Positions 1-10,640 of a stretch of DNA of 64,000 nt are shown here, in pieces. The notes beneath the pieces are model-generated. The model was not told the DNA's origin, ran no database searches, and saw only the letters and a program-made list of their open reading frames with translations. Each line of letters starts with the position of its first letter. Positions within the stretch are counted from its first letter, which is position 1. A program made the translations under genes and the position numbers. Source of the DNA: Fibrobacteria bacterium (GTDB lineage Bacteria > Fibrobacterota > Fibrobacteria > UBA11236 > JADFYW01); contig JBNKOC010000012.1 in the NCBI GenBank assembly GCA_050294405.1, forward strand, positions 544,001-608,000. The letters are read 5' to 3'.

Positions 1-1
1 T

Positions 2-442
2 GGTATTGCTAATGTATTCCACCGCTGTGGTGCTGCCCGATTCAATAAGCATGTATGCTGTGGGAATAGGCTCAAGTTTATAGGCTTTGACCAGTACCGA
101 ACCGCGAACTTGTTCGTCAATTAAAAATTGAGGATTTCTGCCTGATATCAGGGATGTAAAAAGAATGGCATCGGGCCCTGGAGTAACCTGTGAGGCTCCC
201 CCTGGAAAAAGAATTATGGGCAGTCCGGTTTTTTCTTTTAAGCTTTTGGCTATTTGGGAAAAAAATGTATTCCCGATAAAAGAGCCGCCCAAAAATAGAA
301 CATCCACTCCATTTTCTTTGGCTAACATGCCCGATTCCAATATTTTTTCGGGGGATTCTGAATCCGGGTCCAGCAACATAATAAACAAGGCCCCTTTTTC
401 ATCAATGAGGCTGTTTAATTTTTGTTCCACTGGACCTGTCAA
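2..442 (-). CDS. Geranylgeranylglyceryl/heptaprenylglyceryl phosphate synthase (group II GGGPS-like), 3' end outside window
   Basis: Not in ORF track. Manual translation from TTG at 442 (overlapping the alaS stop): MTGPVEQKL...LLDPDS...VDVLFLGGS...LPIILFPGGASQV...DAILFTSLISGRNPQFLIDEQV...IPTAYMLIESGSTTAVEYISNT; LDPD, GGS, FPG and SLISGRNP motifs are typical of the family. Confidence 0.88.
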   Translation of the reverse strand, partial: MTGPVEQKLNSLIDEKGALFIMLLDPDSESPEKILESGMLAKENGVDVLFLGGSFIGNTFFSQIAKSLKEKTGLPIILFPGGASQVTPGPDAILFTSLISGRNPQFLIDEQVRGSVLVKAYKLEPIPTAYMLIESGSTTAVEYISNT

Positions 443-3108
443 CTGCCCACCGCCTTACTTGCCATTTCACGGGCTGCAACAAAAATTTGGGGTTCCGCAT
501 CTAACTTGCGGCAACCGGCCTGGGCTCTATCCGGGCGCCCGCCCCCTTTGCCATCGGCTAATTTTCCCAATTCTTTTACCATATCTCCCGCTTTAATTTT
601 TGCATGAAGGGATTTTTCAACCAGGCTGAAAAGAGAGAGATTGTTGTCACTAACATATGTGAAAACAGCTATAGTGTTTTTTGGCATGCTTTCATGTAAT
701 CCGTCCATTAATTCAGAAAGCTGTTTTTTATCTAACCCTTGGAAATGAGAATCCGCGCTTAAGGACTTGGCGATAAAATTTGCTTCGCCCAATTTTTCAA
801 CGCCTTCCCAAATTTGTTTGGCAGCTGATAAAGCTTTTTCTTTTTTGAGCTCGGCGAGTTGCTTTTCGCTTTCTTTAAGCCGGTCATTTAATTCCAGAAT
901 TTTTTCCAGTTCCTGGCCGGGCTTGATTTTAAGCTGTCCGGCGATGTTGTCCAGCGTGCTTGATTTTTGATTAAGCCAGTTTAGGGCCTGCATTCCGGTG
1001 ATGGCTTCAATACGCCTAACGCCAGCCGCGATGGAAGTTTCTTTGGTAATTTTAAAAAGACCGATATGGCCTGTATTACTAACATGAGTCCCTCCGCAAA
1101 GTTCCATGCTAAACTCACCCATGGATATGACACGCACTACATCACCGTATTTTTCTCCAAATAGGGCCATAGCCCCTTTTTTCTGGGCTTCGTCAAAAGA
1201 TAACATTTCCAGTGAAACAGGAAGGGCGTTTTGGATTTGTTCATTAACCAGGCTTTCCACTTTTGAAATTTCTTCTTCCGTCATGGCTGAAAAGTGGGTG
1301 AAGTCGAATCGCAAGTCTTCCGCTGCCACTCTGGAACCCTGCTGTTGCACGTGGTCCCCCAACACTTTTTGCAAAGCGGCTTGCAGCAAATGGGTGGCGC
1401 TGTGGTTTTTCATAATTGCAGAACGTCTGGGCCCAGTTACCTGGGCTTCTAACTGAGGATGGCTGGCATCCAGTTCGCCATTTTTCTCAATACATTTGTG
1501 AACTACCATATCTAATACTTTAAAGCAATCCACAACTTCCAGTTCTACCCAGTCGTTTTTCAAAAAGCCGGTATCGCCGATTTGTCCGCCAGATTCACTG
1601 TAAAAGGGAGTTTGGTTTAAAACCACATAGCTGAATTTATCGTCTTTACAAAACCGGCTGAGGGTGGCATTGGAATCCAACTGTTCATAACCCAAAAAGA
1701 CAGAGTCTTTGGATTCGTCTATAATGGTCCAATTTTCATCACTGGCCATGATGTTATCAAATTTGGCCGCTTTTCGGGCCCGTTCGTTTTGGGCCTTCAT
1801 ATGTTTCTGATAACCTTCTTCATCTACTGATAAACCATGCTCTTCGGCAATTAAGCGAGTTAAATCCAGGGGAAAGCCAAAGGTATCGTATAAGGTAAAG
1901 GCGTCTTCACCTGAAATACTGTCTTTGGAATCTGCCTTTGCTTTTTCGGCAAGCTTTTTGATTTTTTCCAAACCCTGATCCAGAGTTTTAATAAAACGCT
2001 CTTCTTCAGATTGGATAACCTGAATAATAAAGTTTTGTCTTTCTTTTAATTCGGGAAAGGCATCTCCCATAAGTTCTACCAAAACAGGCACTAGCTTGCA
2101 AATAAAGGGTTCTTTTTGATCCAGGTTGCGGGCATAGCGGCTGGCTCTTCGCAAAATTCGGCGAAGCACATAGCCTCTTCCTTCGTTTCCGGGTAAGGCT
2201 CCATCGGCAATAGCAAAACTTAAAGCCCGTAAATGGTCGGCAATAACCCGGTGGCTCATTCCAGGAGCTCCTCTGTCATAGGGCTTGCCCGATAAACGGC
2301 TGATACTGTCTATGATGCCGGCAAATATATCTGTATCGTAATTGGACTCCACATCCTGAAGCACGGCGCAAATTCTTTCAAAACCCATGCCGGTGTCAAT
2401 GTGTTTAGCAGGTAAAGGTTCCAAATCGCCCGAAGCCAGACGAGAATATTGAATAAATACTAAATTCCAGATTTCGATGTATCGAGCGTTTTCACCGTTC
2501 ACTCCTTCAATAACATCGCTGAAGCTGGCCTCTTGGGTGGCCAAATCACCTTTGTCGAAATGGATTTCGGAACAGGGTCCACAGGGCCCAACATCGCCCA
2601 TTTCCCAGAAATTGTCTTTATCGCCGAATTTTAAAATGCGATGTTTATCGATGTCCGTAACCTTAGACCAAAGCTCGAAGGCCTCGTCATCGCTGTGGTG
2701 CACCGTAACGAAAAGGCGGTTTTTGGGAAGGCCCCAAACTTCTGTGAGCAGCTCCCAGGCCCATTCAATGGCTTCTTTTTTATAGTAGTTGCCAAAGGAC
2801 CAATTGCCCAACATTTCAAAAAAGGTATGGTGGTAGGTGTCTTTGCCCACCACTTCCAAATCGTTGTGCTTGCCGGAAACCCGGATACATTTTTGGCTGT
2901 TGTAAACTCGGCTTAGGTTGTTTTTATTGTCTCCCAAAAAAATGGGTTTAAACTGATTCATGCCTGCATTGGTAAAAAGCAGGGTAGGGTCGTCGTTGGA
3001 AACCACAGGCGCAGACCGGATAAATTGATGCTCCTTAGATTTGAAAAAATCAAAAAAAGCGTCGCGAATCGCCGTGGAAGTCCATTTTTTAACTGTAGCT
3101 GTGTTCAT
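439..3108 (-). CDS. alaS: Alanine--tRNA ligase
   Basis: DPTLLFTNAGMNQFK, HHTFFEMLGNWSFG, editing HSATH and ELCGGTH, C-terminal GGGRP. ATG at 3108 preferred over the track start 3156. Confidence 0.98.
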   Translation of the reverse strand: MNTATVKKWTSTAIRDAFFDFFKSKEHQFIRSAPVVSNDDPTLLFTNAGMNQFKPIFLGDNKNNLSRVYNSQKCIRVSGKHNDLEVVGKDTYHHTFFEMLGNWSFGNYYKKEAIEWAWELLTEVWGLPKNRLFVTVHHSDDEAFELWSKVTDIDKHRILKFGDKDNFWEMGDVGPCGPCSEIHFDKGDLATQEASFSDVIEGVNGENARYIEIWNLVFIQYSRLASGDLEPLPAKHIDTGMGFERICAVLQDVESNYDTDIFAGIIDSISRLSGKPYDRGAPGMSHRVIADHLRALSFAIADGALPGNEGRGYVLRRILRRASRYARNLDQKEPFICKLVPVLVELMGDAFPELKERQNFIIQVIQSEEERFIKTLDQGLEKIKKLAEKAKADSKDSISGEDAFTLYDTFGFPLDLTRLIAEEHGLSVDEEGYQKHMKAQNERARKAAKFDNIMASDENWTIIDESKDSVFLGYEQLDSNATLSRFCKDDKFSYVVLNQTPFYSESGGQIGDTGFLKNDWVELEVVDCFKVLDMVVHKCIEKNGELDASHPQLEAQVTGPRRSAIMKNHSATHLLQAALQKVLGDHVQQQGSRVAAEDLRFDFTHFSAMTEEEISKVESLVNEQIQNALPVSLEMLSFDEAQKKGAMALFGEKYGDVVRVISMGEFSMELCGGTHVSNTGHIGLFKITKETSIAAGVRRIEAITGMQALNWLNQKSSTLDNIAGQLKIKPGQELEKILELNDRLKESEKQLAELKKEKALSAAKQIWEGVEKLGEANFIAKSLSADSHFQGLDKKQLSELMDGLHESMPKNTIAVFTYVSDNNLSLFSLVEKSLHAKIKAGDMVKELGKLADGKGGGRPDRAQAGCRKLDAEPQIFVAAREMASKAVGS

Positions 3109-3206
3109 AAAATTCTGTTCTGCAAAGTTACAAAATTTAATACAGCTAACCGGCAAAATCCAATTTCTAGGCCAATTATGCCCTGTTTTGGTTCTTATTT
3201 TCCTCT

Positions 3207-3304
3207 AGAAGCATGTCGGATGTAAGCTTTGCATAGCAAGGCTGGGCGAAAAACCTCGGTATTACAGTCAGACGCAGCGCAAATGTTAAACCTGACAGGC
3301 TCCT
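3207..3304. mobile_element. MITE-like repeat, short internally deleted copy
   Basis: Ends AGAAGCATGTCG / TGACAGGCTCCT; matches both arms of the reverse complement of 20620..20813. Confidence 0.8.
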
Positions 3305-4335
3305 AAGGGCACTTTTAGCGACCACCAGTTAAGGGGACTCCTGGGATTTTTTGCCTCGTCATAGGAATACAGAAGCTTGGGGATGCTGTCTGGGCCAAAA
3401 AGGCTGGGTCTTTTGAAATGCCATTCTCTTTGGTCGGGTATCAAATCGGGGCTGTGGGGCCAGGGGCGAATGCTTCCTTTGGGGAGAAGTTTTGCCAGTT
3501 TTTTGCTGTTCATGGAAACATTCCCAGCCCTGGGTGGAACAGGGCCGGCTTCATGGCGAAAACAACCGTGGAGCAGTTCGGGAGGGTAATTTCCCAGTCT
3601 GTTAATAATTTGGGCAATCTGGTACAGGGTCAAAGGAGCAGGTCCTCCTAAATGAAATAGACCTGGAGTGAAGTTGTCCAAAAAATGTTCCAGTACTAAA
3701 AGAACGTCCTGTATATATATATTGCTGCGCACTTCATCGTAATAAAGTGTGGCGGGGTTGTTTTTTTTGAAACGGGATTCAATCCAATCCACAGCTCCCG
3801 CGTGCCCGTTTAAACTGGGACCCATGGGAAGGGGGATGCGAAAAACAGCCGCCTTTCCATAGCCATCTAAAATTATTTTTTCGGCTTCTGCCATGGTTTT
3901 GCCGTAAACTGTTACCGGAGAAACGGGGCTTTGCTCGGTGTAGTTTCCGCTGGCAACACCGTCAAAAACCAAATCGGAAGAAAATCGAATGAGAGGAATG
4001 TCATATTCCCTGGCTAATTCCATGATTCGAACCCCAAAATCCGTATTCACCAGTTTGGCCATGGCGGGGTTGTATTCGCAGGATTTTAAAGCGCAACATC
4101 CGGAAGCATCAATCACAAATCTAAAGGAGTGCCTTTTGAAAAGAGCTACCAGGCCTTCTTTATCTTCAGCATCTAAAAAAGCTATTTGCGGGTGGGAAAT
4201 TTCCGATGTATGGCAGGGGGCCTGGCCAATAACATTGGCTCCATATTTACTCAAGAAATAATAAAAGGCGTTAAAGCCCGGAATTCCTGGGATTCCAGTA
4301 ATTAAAATGGGTCCGTTAAAAGCCTCTTTTGCCAT
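3286..4335 (-). CDS. RmlD-like extended SDR / sugar-nucleotide reductase
   Basis: ITGIPGIPG, FSSDLVFDG, PVTVYGKT (YxxT variant of YxxxK region), DEVRSNIY. Confidence 0.8.
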   Translation of the reverse strand: MAKEAFNGPILITGIPGIPGFNAFYYFLSKYGANVIGQAPCHTSEISHPQIAFLDAEDKEGLVALFKRHSFRFVIDASGCCALKSCEYNPAMAKLVNTDFGVRIMELAREYDIPLIRFSSDLVFDGVASGNYTEQSPVSPVTVYGKTMAEAEKIILDGYGKAAVFRIPLPMGPSLNGHAGAVDWIESRFKKNNPATLYYDEVRSNIYIQDVLLVLEHFLDNFTPGLFHLGGPAPLTLYQIAQIINRLGNYPPELLHGCFRHEAGPVPPRAGNVSMNSKKLAKLLPKGSIRPWPHSPDLIPDQREWHFKRPSLFGPDSIPKLLYSYDEAKNPRSPLNWWSLKVPLGACQV

Positions 4336-4438
4336 GGGAATCCAAGTCTAATAATATGTTGGGTTTGGCGCAAATAAGGGAAGCTCAAGGATTAATCTGC
4401 GGATTTTGTTAAATTATGGCCCCAGGAATGCCATTTTA

Positions 4439-5524
4439 ATGAACAAAACCACTTCTATCTATCTCGATTTAGTTCGCTTTTTGGCCGCACTGCTGGTTTT
4501 TAACTCCCATTTAGTGGCTGAAAGAATCAGTGGGGGTATTCCCTATTTAAATGCCCTTTATCCTTTGGGCAGTGACAGTGTAATGGCCTTTTTTGTTCTC
4601 TCGGGATTCGTTATTTACCATGTGGCCAGCACAAAAGAAAAACAGTTTTCTGATTTTTTTATTTCCCGGTTGGCCCGTTTGTATTCAGTGGTATTTCCGG
4701 CCATTATCCTTACAGTTATTCTGGACTTAATTGGCCGAAAATTGGCTTTACCCATTTACGATGGCAATTGGAGCCAAGTAACTCAACCTTTTATTCGCTG
4801 TTTCATGAGTTTTACTTTTATGCATGAAATTTGGTTTTACACCATAAGGCCTTTTTCCAATGTTCCTTTTTGGTCTATAGGTTATGAGTTCTGGTATTAT
4901 CTCCTTTTTGCCTTTATGTTCTATACAAAAGGAAAAAAAAGAGTTTTTTTAATTTTACTAACATCGGCTTTTATAGGGCCAAAAATTTTGGTTTTATTTC
5001 CCATCTGGCTTTTAGGAGTGCTCGCCTATAAAATTAGCATTCAAAATAAATTGAAGACAATTTACGGCTGGGTACTATTTTCCTTTTCCATAGTGGGTTT
5101 TGCCCTTTACTTTTTGTTAGATGGCCACGGAGAACTTTTAACCTTTACCGAATCCTTATTTGGATCTGAATTCACTAATAAACTAGCCCAAACCAAATAC
5201 CTTTTTAGCGATTACATTGTGGGCCTTTTGGTGTTCGCAAATTTTATTGGATTTACAGCGGTTTCAGATGCTTTTTCTGGAATCTTAGGCTTTTTTGAAA
5301 GGCCCATTCGTTATTTGGCCTCTTACACATTTATCCTGTATTTGATGCATTACCCTTTGCTGGAATTTTTTGCAGCCTTAACATATAAGGAAAATACCCA
5401 AAGCTCAAACACCTATGTGCTGGTTATTGGGACTCTTTTTTCCATTTGGGCCTTGGGGCCTATTAGCGAAAAACAAAAGTCCAATTACAAAAAGTTTTTT
5501 TTAAAATTTGCTCCATGGAAATAA
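4439..5524 (+). CDS. Acyltransferase-3 (OafA/YrhL-like) membrane O-acyltransferase
   Basis: LDLVRFLAALLV..H, FFVLSGFVI, RLARLY, WSIGYEFWYY, YLMHYP; multi-TM. Confidence 0.9.
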   Translation: MNKTTSIYLDLVRFLAALLVFNSHLVAERISGGIPYLNALYPLGSDSVMAFFVLSGFVIYHVASTKEKQFSDFFISRLARLYSVVFPAIILTVILDLIGRKLALPIYDGNWSQVTQPFIRCFMSFTFMHEIWFYTIRPFSNVPFWSIGYEFWYYLLFAFMFYTKGKKRVFLILLTSAFIGPKILVLFPIWLLGVLAYKISIQNKLKTIYGWVLFSFSIVGFALYFLLDGHGELLTFTESLFGSEFTNKLAQTKYLFSDYIVGLLVFANFIGFTAVSDAFSGILGFFERPIRYLASYTFILYLMHYPLLEFFAALTYKENTQSSNTYVLVIGTLFSIWALGPISEKQKSNYKKFFLKFAPWK

Positions 5525-7230
5525 AAGGCCTTAAATTGCCCTATTTAAAATTTTTGGCCTTGGCCATTTTTGTGCTTTTTTCGGGAACTCATGCCTTAAG
5601 CAGAGTAACATGGTTTTTTGGCTTATACAGCTTTGGAAAAGCCCTTGTTTTAAGCTCTGTGTACCTGGCAATATTAACATTTTGCCTAACTGCAATTTGG
5701 ACTACAGCAAACCATAAACGCTTGTGGTACAGAGCCATTTTTGGGTTGCCTCTTTGCATTAGCGCCTTTGTGGGAGCTTCCTACGAATCCATTACCGGAG
5801 CCATTGTAAACTTCAACAGCGTAGCCACGCTAATAAATAACATGGAGTTTTTAGACGAAGCCTACAGCACATATATATCCGATTTAAGTTTGCCCATTTT
5901 TTCAAGTGTTGCAGGCTATATAGGGGTTTTGCTCCCCCATGTATTTATCAATTGGCCCCTGCAGATTTTTGGTTCCCGGTTTAAAAAAACATTTTATCAC
6001 TCCCTATTTTCTTTTGGCTTTCCATTGAGCCCATATCCACTTTTATTTTTTATTATGATGCTTTATCACGGCAATGGCTTTGAGGGCGTGCCCATGCAAT
6101 ACAAAGTAAGTGTTCCCTGGATGATGTATTATGTGAACCAGGCCCTTTCTCCTGAAATCCTGCGCCGTCCCCCTGAATTAACCCAACTGGAAGGCGATAA
6201 AGCAGATAAAGACATTGTTATCATAATGGATGAAAGTATTCGGGCCGATTTTTTGGACATAAACATGGATAGGCAAACCACGCCCTCCCTTTTAGCCGCA
6301 GAAGACAAATACAGCAATTTTGGTATAACCTCTGCTGCCAGTAACTGCTCCAGGGCTTCCAACCTAACCGTTCGTTTTTTAATTAGTCCTGATTCGGTGA
6401 AAGAATCCTATTACCACAACCCCTCTATCTGGTCTTTTGCTAAGCTGGCAGGATACCAAAGCATATACATCGACGCCCAATCCGATTATGGGCAACCCAC
6501 AAATAGTTTTGATAAAGAAGAACAAAAAGAGGTGGATAAATACATTTTGCCTTCAGGAAAAACATCCAGGGAAAAGGATATGTTGGCCCTTAAAAGCCTG
6601 CTTGGTTTTTTAAACGACAGTATTCCCCAATTTATATTTTTGTTAAAGGAGGGAATTCATTTTCCCTACGATGAAAAATATCCGGCCTCTGAAGAAGTTT
6701 TTAAGCCGAGCCAAAAAACAGCCAACATGTCTTCTGAAGAAAAAAGACAAGCCAAAGTAAACGCTTATAAAAATGCCATCCGCTATACCCTTAATCCGTT
6801 TTTTGAAGAACTTTTCCGGGATAGTATTTCACAGCCCTTTGTTTTGTACTACACAGCCGACCATGGCCAAAATCTTTTGGATGATGGATTGGAAGTCACC
6901 CATTGCCGCTATGAAAATGTCATAGTGGAAGAGGGGATGGTTCCCTTTTTTGCGTACAGCAATATAGATGCAGAAAAAAAGCGATTTAAGGAAGTGGCTC
7001 ACAAAAAACTAAATCAACTTTCCCAGTTTTCCCTTGCTCCCAGCCTTTTGGCCCACATGGGTTTTTCTGAGGAACAGATAAAAACAAAATACGGATTCCC
7101 CATTTGGGCCGATACCCTGCCGGAACAAAAATTTATAACTTATGGCATCGAAAATTTCTTTTTGGGAATTGGGCTTAAAACCCATATCACCTGGTTTTCT
7201 TTTCCCTCGGCTTCCGCCCAGACACCCTAA
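5515..7230 (+). CDS. Membrane-anchored sulfatase-fold / phosphoethanolamine transferase-like protein
   Basis: N-terminal TM helices, then IMDESIR, SNCS, GIHFPY, TADHG motifs. Confidence 0.75.
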   Translation: MEIKGLKLPYLKFLALAIFVLFSGTHALSRVTWFFGLYSFGKALVLSSVYLAILTFCLTAIWTTANHKRLWYRAIFGLPLCISAFVGASYESITGAIVNFNSVATLINNMEFLDEAYSTYISDLSLPIFSSVAGYIGVLLPHVFINWPLQIFGSRFKKTFYHSLFSFGFPLSPYPLLFFIMMLYHGNGFEGVPMQYKVSVPWMMYYVNQALSPEILRRPPELTQLEGDKADKDIVIIMDESIRADFLDINMDRQTTPSLLAAEDKYSNFGITSAASNCSRASNLTVRFLISPDSVKESYYHNPSIWSFAKLAGYQSIYIDAQSDYGQPTNSFDKEEQKEVDKYILPSGKTSREKDMLALKSLLGFLNDSIPQFIFLLKEGIHFPYDEKYPASEEVFKPSQKTANMSSEEKRQAKVNAYKNAIRYTLNPFFEELFRDSISQPFVLYYTADHGQNLLDDGLEVTHCRYENVIVEEGMVPFFAYSNIDAEKKRFKEVAHKKLNQLSQFSLAPSLLAHMGFSEEQIKTKYGFPIWADTLPEQKFITYGIENFFLGIGLKTHITWFSFPSASAQTP

Positions 7231-7270
7231 ACCCTAACGGCAATAGCGGTTTAATATTAAGTTTATAGCC

Positions 7271-9025
7271 ATGAGTCAGGATTTTGGCCAATTCAAGGAA
7301 ACTGTTAAGGAGCGCGCAGATATCGCCCAGATTATTGGCAGTTATTTACAGCTCAAAAAGCAGGGTTCCCGATATTTGGCGGTTTGCCCTTTTCACAACG
7401 ACCATAAACCCAGCATGAACGTGACTCCTCAAATGGGAATTTACCGCTGTTTCGTATGTGGGGCCAGTGGCGATGTGTTCAGTTTTTTACAGGAGTACGA
7501 AAAGCTTTCCTTTATGGAGGCATTAAAATTGGTGGCGGAAAAGGTGGGCCTGGAAATGCCCAGGCAATTTGAAAAAGGCGAAGGAGACTCAGGGGAGCTT
7601 AAAGATTTGATGTTTAAGGCCAACGCTCTGGCTGCGGATTTTTACCAGCAGGAATTAAAAAAATCAGGACCTGCCATGGAATACATCAAGAAACGTGGCA
7701 TTTCTCCCGAATCCCAAAAAAAATTTCAGCTGGGCTTTGCGCCTTCCAGTTGGGACGCTTTCTATCGCTATGCATTGAGTAAGGGTTTTAAACAGGATTT
7801 ATTAATTAAAGGGGGCCTGATAAAACTGGGCAATGGCAATCGGCCCATGGATAGGTTTGTGAATCGATTGATTTTTCCCATTTGGAATTTGAGCCATAAA
7901 ATTGTGGGCTTTGGGGGCAGGGGTCTTGAACCCGACTCGGTTCCCAAATACTTGAATTCACCGGAAACCATGTTATACCAAAAATCCCATATATTATACG
8001 GGCTCAATTTTGCCCGGCTTTCCTTAAAAAAAGCCGAGGAGTTGATATTAGTGGAAGGCTACATGGATGTAATTGCCCTCCACCAATTTGGCCTGGAAAA
8101 TTCCATTTCAGTTTCGGGAACCGCTCTTACAGACCAACATGTAAAACGCATTAGAAGTTTCGCCCAGCGGGTTTACCTTTGCCTGGATGGCGATAATGCG
8201 GGCCAACGCGCGGCAGAAAAATCACTGCCCATGTTAATGTCGGCGGGTATCGAGGTTAAAATTCCCGATTTGCCCAGTGAACACGACCCCGATTCTTATT
8301 GCCGCCAGTTCGGCGTGGAGGGTTTTAAAGAACTGCTGGAAAAGTCCAAAGGCCCGGTGGAATTTTTACTGCGCGAATATTTAAAAAAGCCCGACTCCTT
8401 TAGTCCTGAGCAAAAGGATATGGTTTATAAACAGGCCACGGGGGTGATCTCGAACTCTCCTTCGGAAATCGTGCGCGCCGAATACCAACTTCAAATTCGG
8501 AAATTATTAGGAATAAGCGCCAACCTGGAATCCAGGCCTCAAATTCAAAAAACTCAAACTCCTGTGAGCAAAAATTTTCCTGCGGCTAATTTGCAGAAAA
8601 GGGTGGCGGATAAGGTGAAGAGGGATATTGAATGGAAATTTTTACAGATTTTAATTTCCGAGCCCAAACTTTATCCCGAAATTTCGGATTCCATTCATTT
8701 GGAATGGTTTCAAGACCAGTTTTTACAGGAATTGCTGGACAGGTTCTTTTTTTATCTCTCCAATCAGGAAAGTTATCATATCAAGGGGCTTTTGGAAGTT
8801 CTGTTGGAAAACCAGAAATTGGCCGTAGAAAATATGGAAATTTTAGAAATTTCTAATTTTTCTACCACCTTGCAGGAAATAAAGGATATAATTTCAGAAT
8901 TGGGAAGACGGTATTATCGTAGGTCTATGAGGGAAATCACCATTCAGATCCGTGAAAACAAAATGGACAAATCCGAAGGCCGTCAAGAGCTATTACGTTT
9001 GCAAAAAGAAATGGAAAGCATTTAG
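7271..9025 (+). CDS. dnaG: DNA primase
   Basis: CPFH..CFVC zinc finger, KYLNSPET, VEGYMDV, DGDNAG TOPRIM. Confidence 0.98.
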   Translation: MSQDFGQFKETVKERADIAQIIGSYLQLKKQGSRYLAVCPFHNDHKPSMNVTPQMGIYRCFVCGASGDVFSFLQEYEKLSFMEALKLVAEKVGLEMPRQFEKGEGDSGELKDLMFKANALAADFYQQELKKSGPAMEYIKKRGISPESQKKFQLGFAPSSWDAFYRYALSKGFKQDLLIKGGLIKLGNGNRPMDRFVNRLIFPIWNLSHKIVGFGGRGLEPDSVPKYLNSPETMLYQKSHILYGLNFARLSLKKAEELILVEGYMDVIALHQFGLENSISVSGTALTDQHVKRIRSFAQRVYLCLDGDNAGQRAAEKSLPMLMSAGIEVKIPDLPSEHDPDSYCRQFGVEGFKELLEKSKGPVEFLLREYLKKPDSFSPEQKDMVYKQATGVISNSPSEIVRAEYQLQIRKLLGISANLESRPQIQKTQTPVSKNFPAANLQKRVADKVKRDIEWKFLQILISEPKLYPEISDSIHLEWFQDQFLQELLDRFFFYLSNQESYHIKGLLEVLLENQKLAVENMEILEISNFSTTLQEIKDIISELGRRYYRRSMREITIQIRENKMDKSEGRQELLRLQKEMESI

Positions 9026-9117
9026 GCCTTTTCCATAAATTTTTGTGAACAAAATTGAACCATTGGGAATTCAATAATTTAGTTTATTGACCCATTCACT
9101 TCTGAAGGATCTATTAC

Positions 9118-10635
9118 ATGAATGAGATAGATGCAAAAATAATCCGGCGTCTCCAAAAACAAAACAAGCTCCAGGGCTTTTTAGCTGAAAATCAAATCCG
9201 GGAGTTGGCTAAATCCGAAGAACGCTTCCAGGAATTGAAGCAGTATTTTGAGGACAACGGCGTTCGCATCACTCAATTCAAAGTTAAAACCAGAAAGACT
9301 CCCCAAAAATCAGATATAAAAAAGGTCAGTCGTTTTAACGATCCCACCTGGGTTTACTTAAACTCTGTGGGAAAAGTACCTCTGCTTTCCCGGGCCGAAG
9401 AAGTAAACATCGCCAAAAAAATCGAAGAAGTGCAAAAAAGAATTTGCGCCATCCTCTATTTGTCTCCGTCCATGATTGATGAAATTATCCATTTGGGAAA
9501 CCAGGTTTTGGATGAGGGTCTTAAAGTTGAAGAAATTATTCAAATTGATAACGAAGCCTGGACGGACTCCAAAGTTTATGAGTCTGAACACAACCGCGCC
9601 GTTCGATTAATTAAGAAAATTAAAGATTTCCACCAAAGGCTCTCTGATTTAAAAGAACAGTTTAAGGCGTTAAAAGAAAAAAGCCACAACGAAAACAACA
9701 AAGAGATTCAAAACATCGCTGTGGAAATAAAAACCATGGAAGATGAATTAGTGGAGTCGGGTATCAATTTAAAAATGAGCCATAAGCAAATTGACCGCCT
9801 CATTGGAAAGTTCAAAACAGAACAAGGTGATGTTCCCTCTAACATTGAAAAAATCAAAAAGATTAAACAGTGGGAATATGTGAGGGAAAGAGCCAAAGAA
9901 GAACTTATTGAGGCCAATGTGCGCTTGGTGGTTTCCATAGCCAAACGCTATACATCAAAAGGTTTGGAGCTAATTGATTTGGTGCAGGAAGGCAACAGCG
10001 GCCTTATCCGGGCTGTGGAAAATTTCGATTATACCAAAGGCTATAAATTTTCCACTTACGCAACCTGGTGGATTAAGCAAAGCATCACCAGAGCTATAGC
10101 CGATAAAGCCAAAACCATTCGTATCCCTGCAAACATGCTGGACATAAGCCGCAAGGTGATGAAAACCTATAGGGAAATCCACCAAAGAACAGGTAAACAA
10201 CCCTCCGCAGAAGTAGTTGCAAAAAAAGTAGGCTGCTCAGTTAAAAAAGTGCAGTTGGCATTAGATGTTTCTCAGGACCCCATTTCCCTGGATGGATACA
10301 TTACAGGGGATGAGTTTAATACCATTTCCGAATTTATTGAAGATAAATCTGTGGACAGGCCTTCCCAGGTGGCCAACATGCGCCGTCTCAGGGAACAAAT
10401 TAATTCCGTGCTAAGCACTCTGGATTCCAAAGAAAAAGATATTGTGCGCATGCGCTTCGGATTGGACGATGGACAGGTGAAAACCTTGAAGGAAATTGGA
10501 GATCGTTTTAAAATTTCCCGAGAACGGGTTCGCCAAATCGAATCCAAGGCTTTGGCCAAACTCCAGCACCCCAGCCGTGTGAAGCAGCTTGAGGGTTGGA
10601 GCACAGATATGGAAGATGTTTATATAGGGTTTTAG
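9118..10635 (+). CDS. rpoD: Primary sigma-70 factor
   Basis: Follows dna[41 protein letters not shown]. Confidence 0.9.
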   Translation: MNEIDAKIIRRLQKQNKLQGFLAENQIRELAKSEERFQELKQYFEDNGVRITQFKVKTRKTPQKSDIKKVSRFNDPTWVYLNSVGKVPLLSRAEEVNIAKKIEEVQKRICAILYLSPSMIDEIIHLGNQVLDEGLKVEEIIQIDNEAWTDSKVYESEHNRAVRLIKKIKDFHQRLSDLKEQFKALKEKSHNENNKEIQNIAVEIKTMEDELVESGINLKMSHKQIDRLIGKFKTEQGDVPSNIEKIKKIKQWEYVRERAKEELIEANVRLVVSIAKRYTSKGLELIDLVQEGNSGLIRAVENFDYTKGYKFSTYATWWIKQSITRAIADKAKTIRIPANMLDISRKVMKTYREIHQRTGKQPSAEVVAKKVGCSVKKVQLALDVSQDPISLDGYITGDEFNTISEFIEDKSVDRPSQVANMRRLREQINSVLSTLDSKEKDIVRMRFGLDDGQVKTLKEIGDRFKISRERVRQIESKALAKLQHPSRVKQLEGWSTDMEDVYIGF

Positions 10636-10640
10636 AATGG

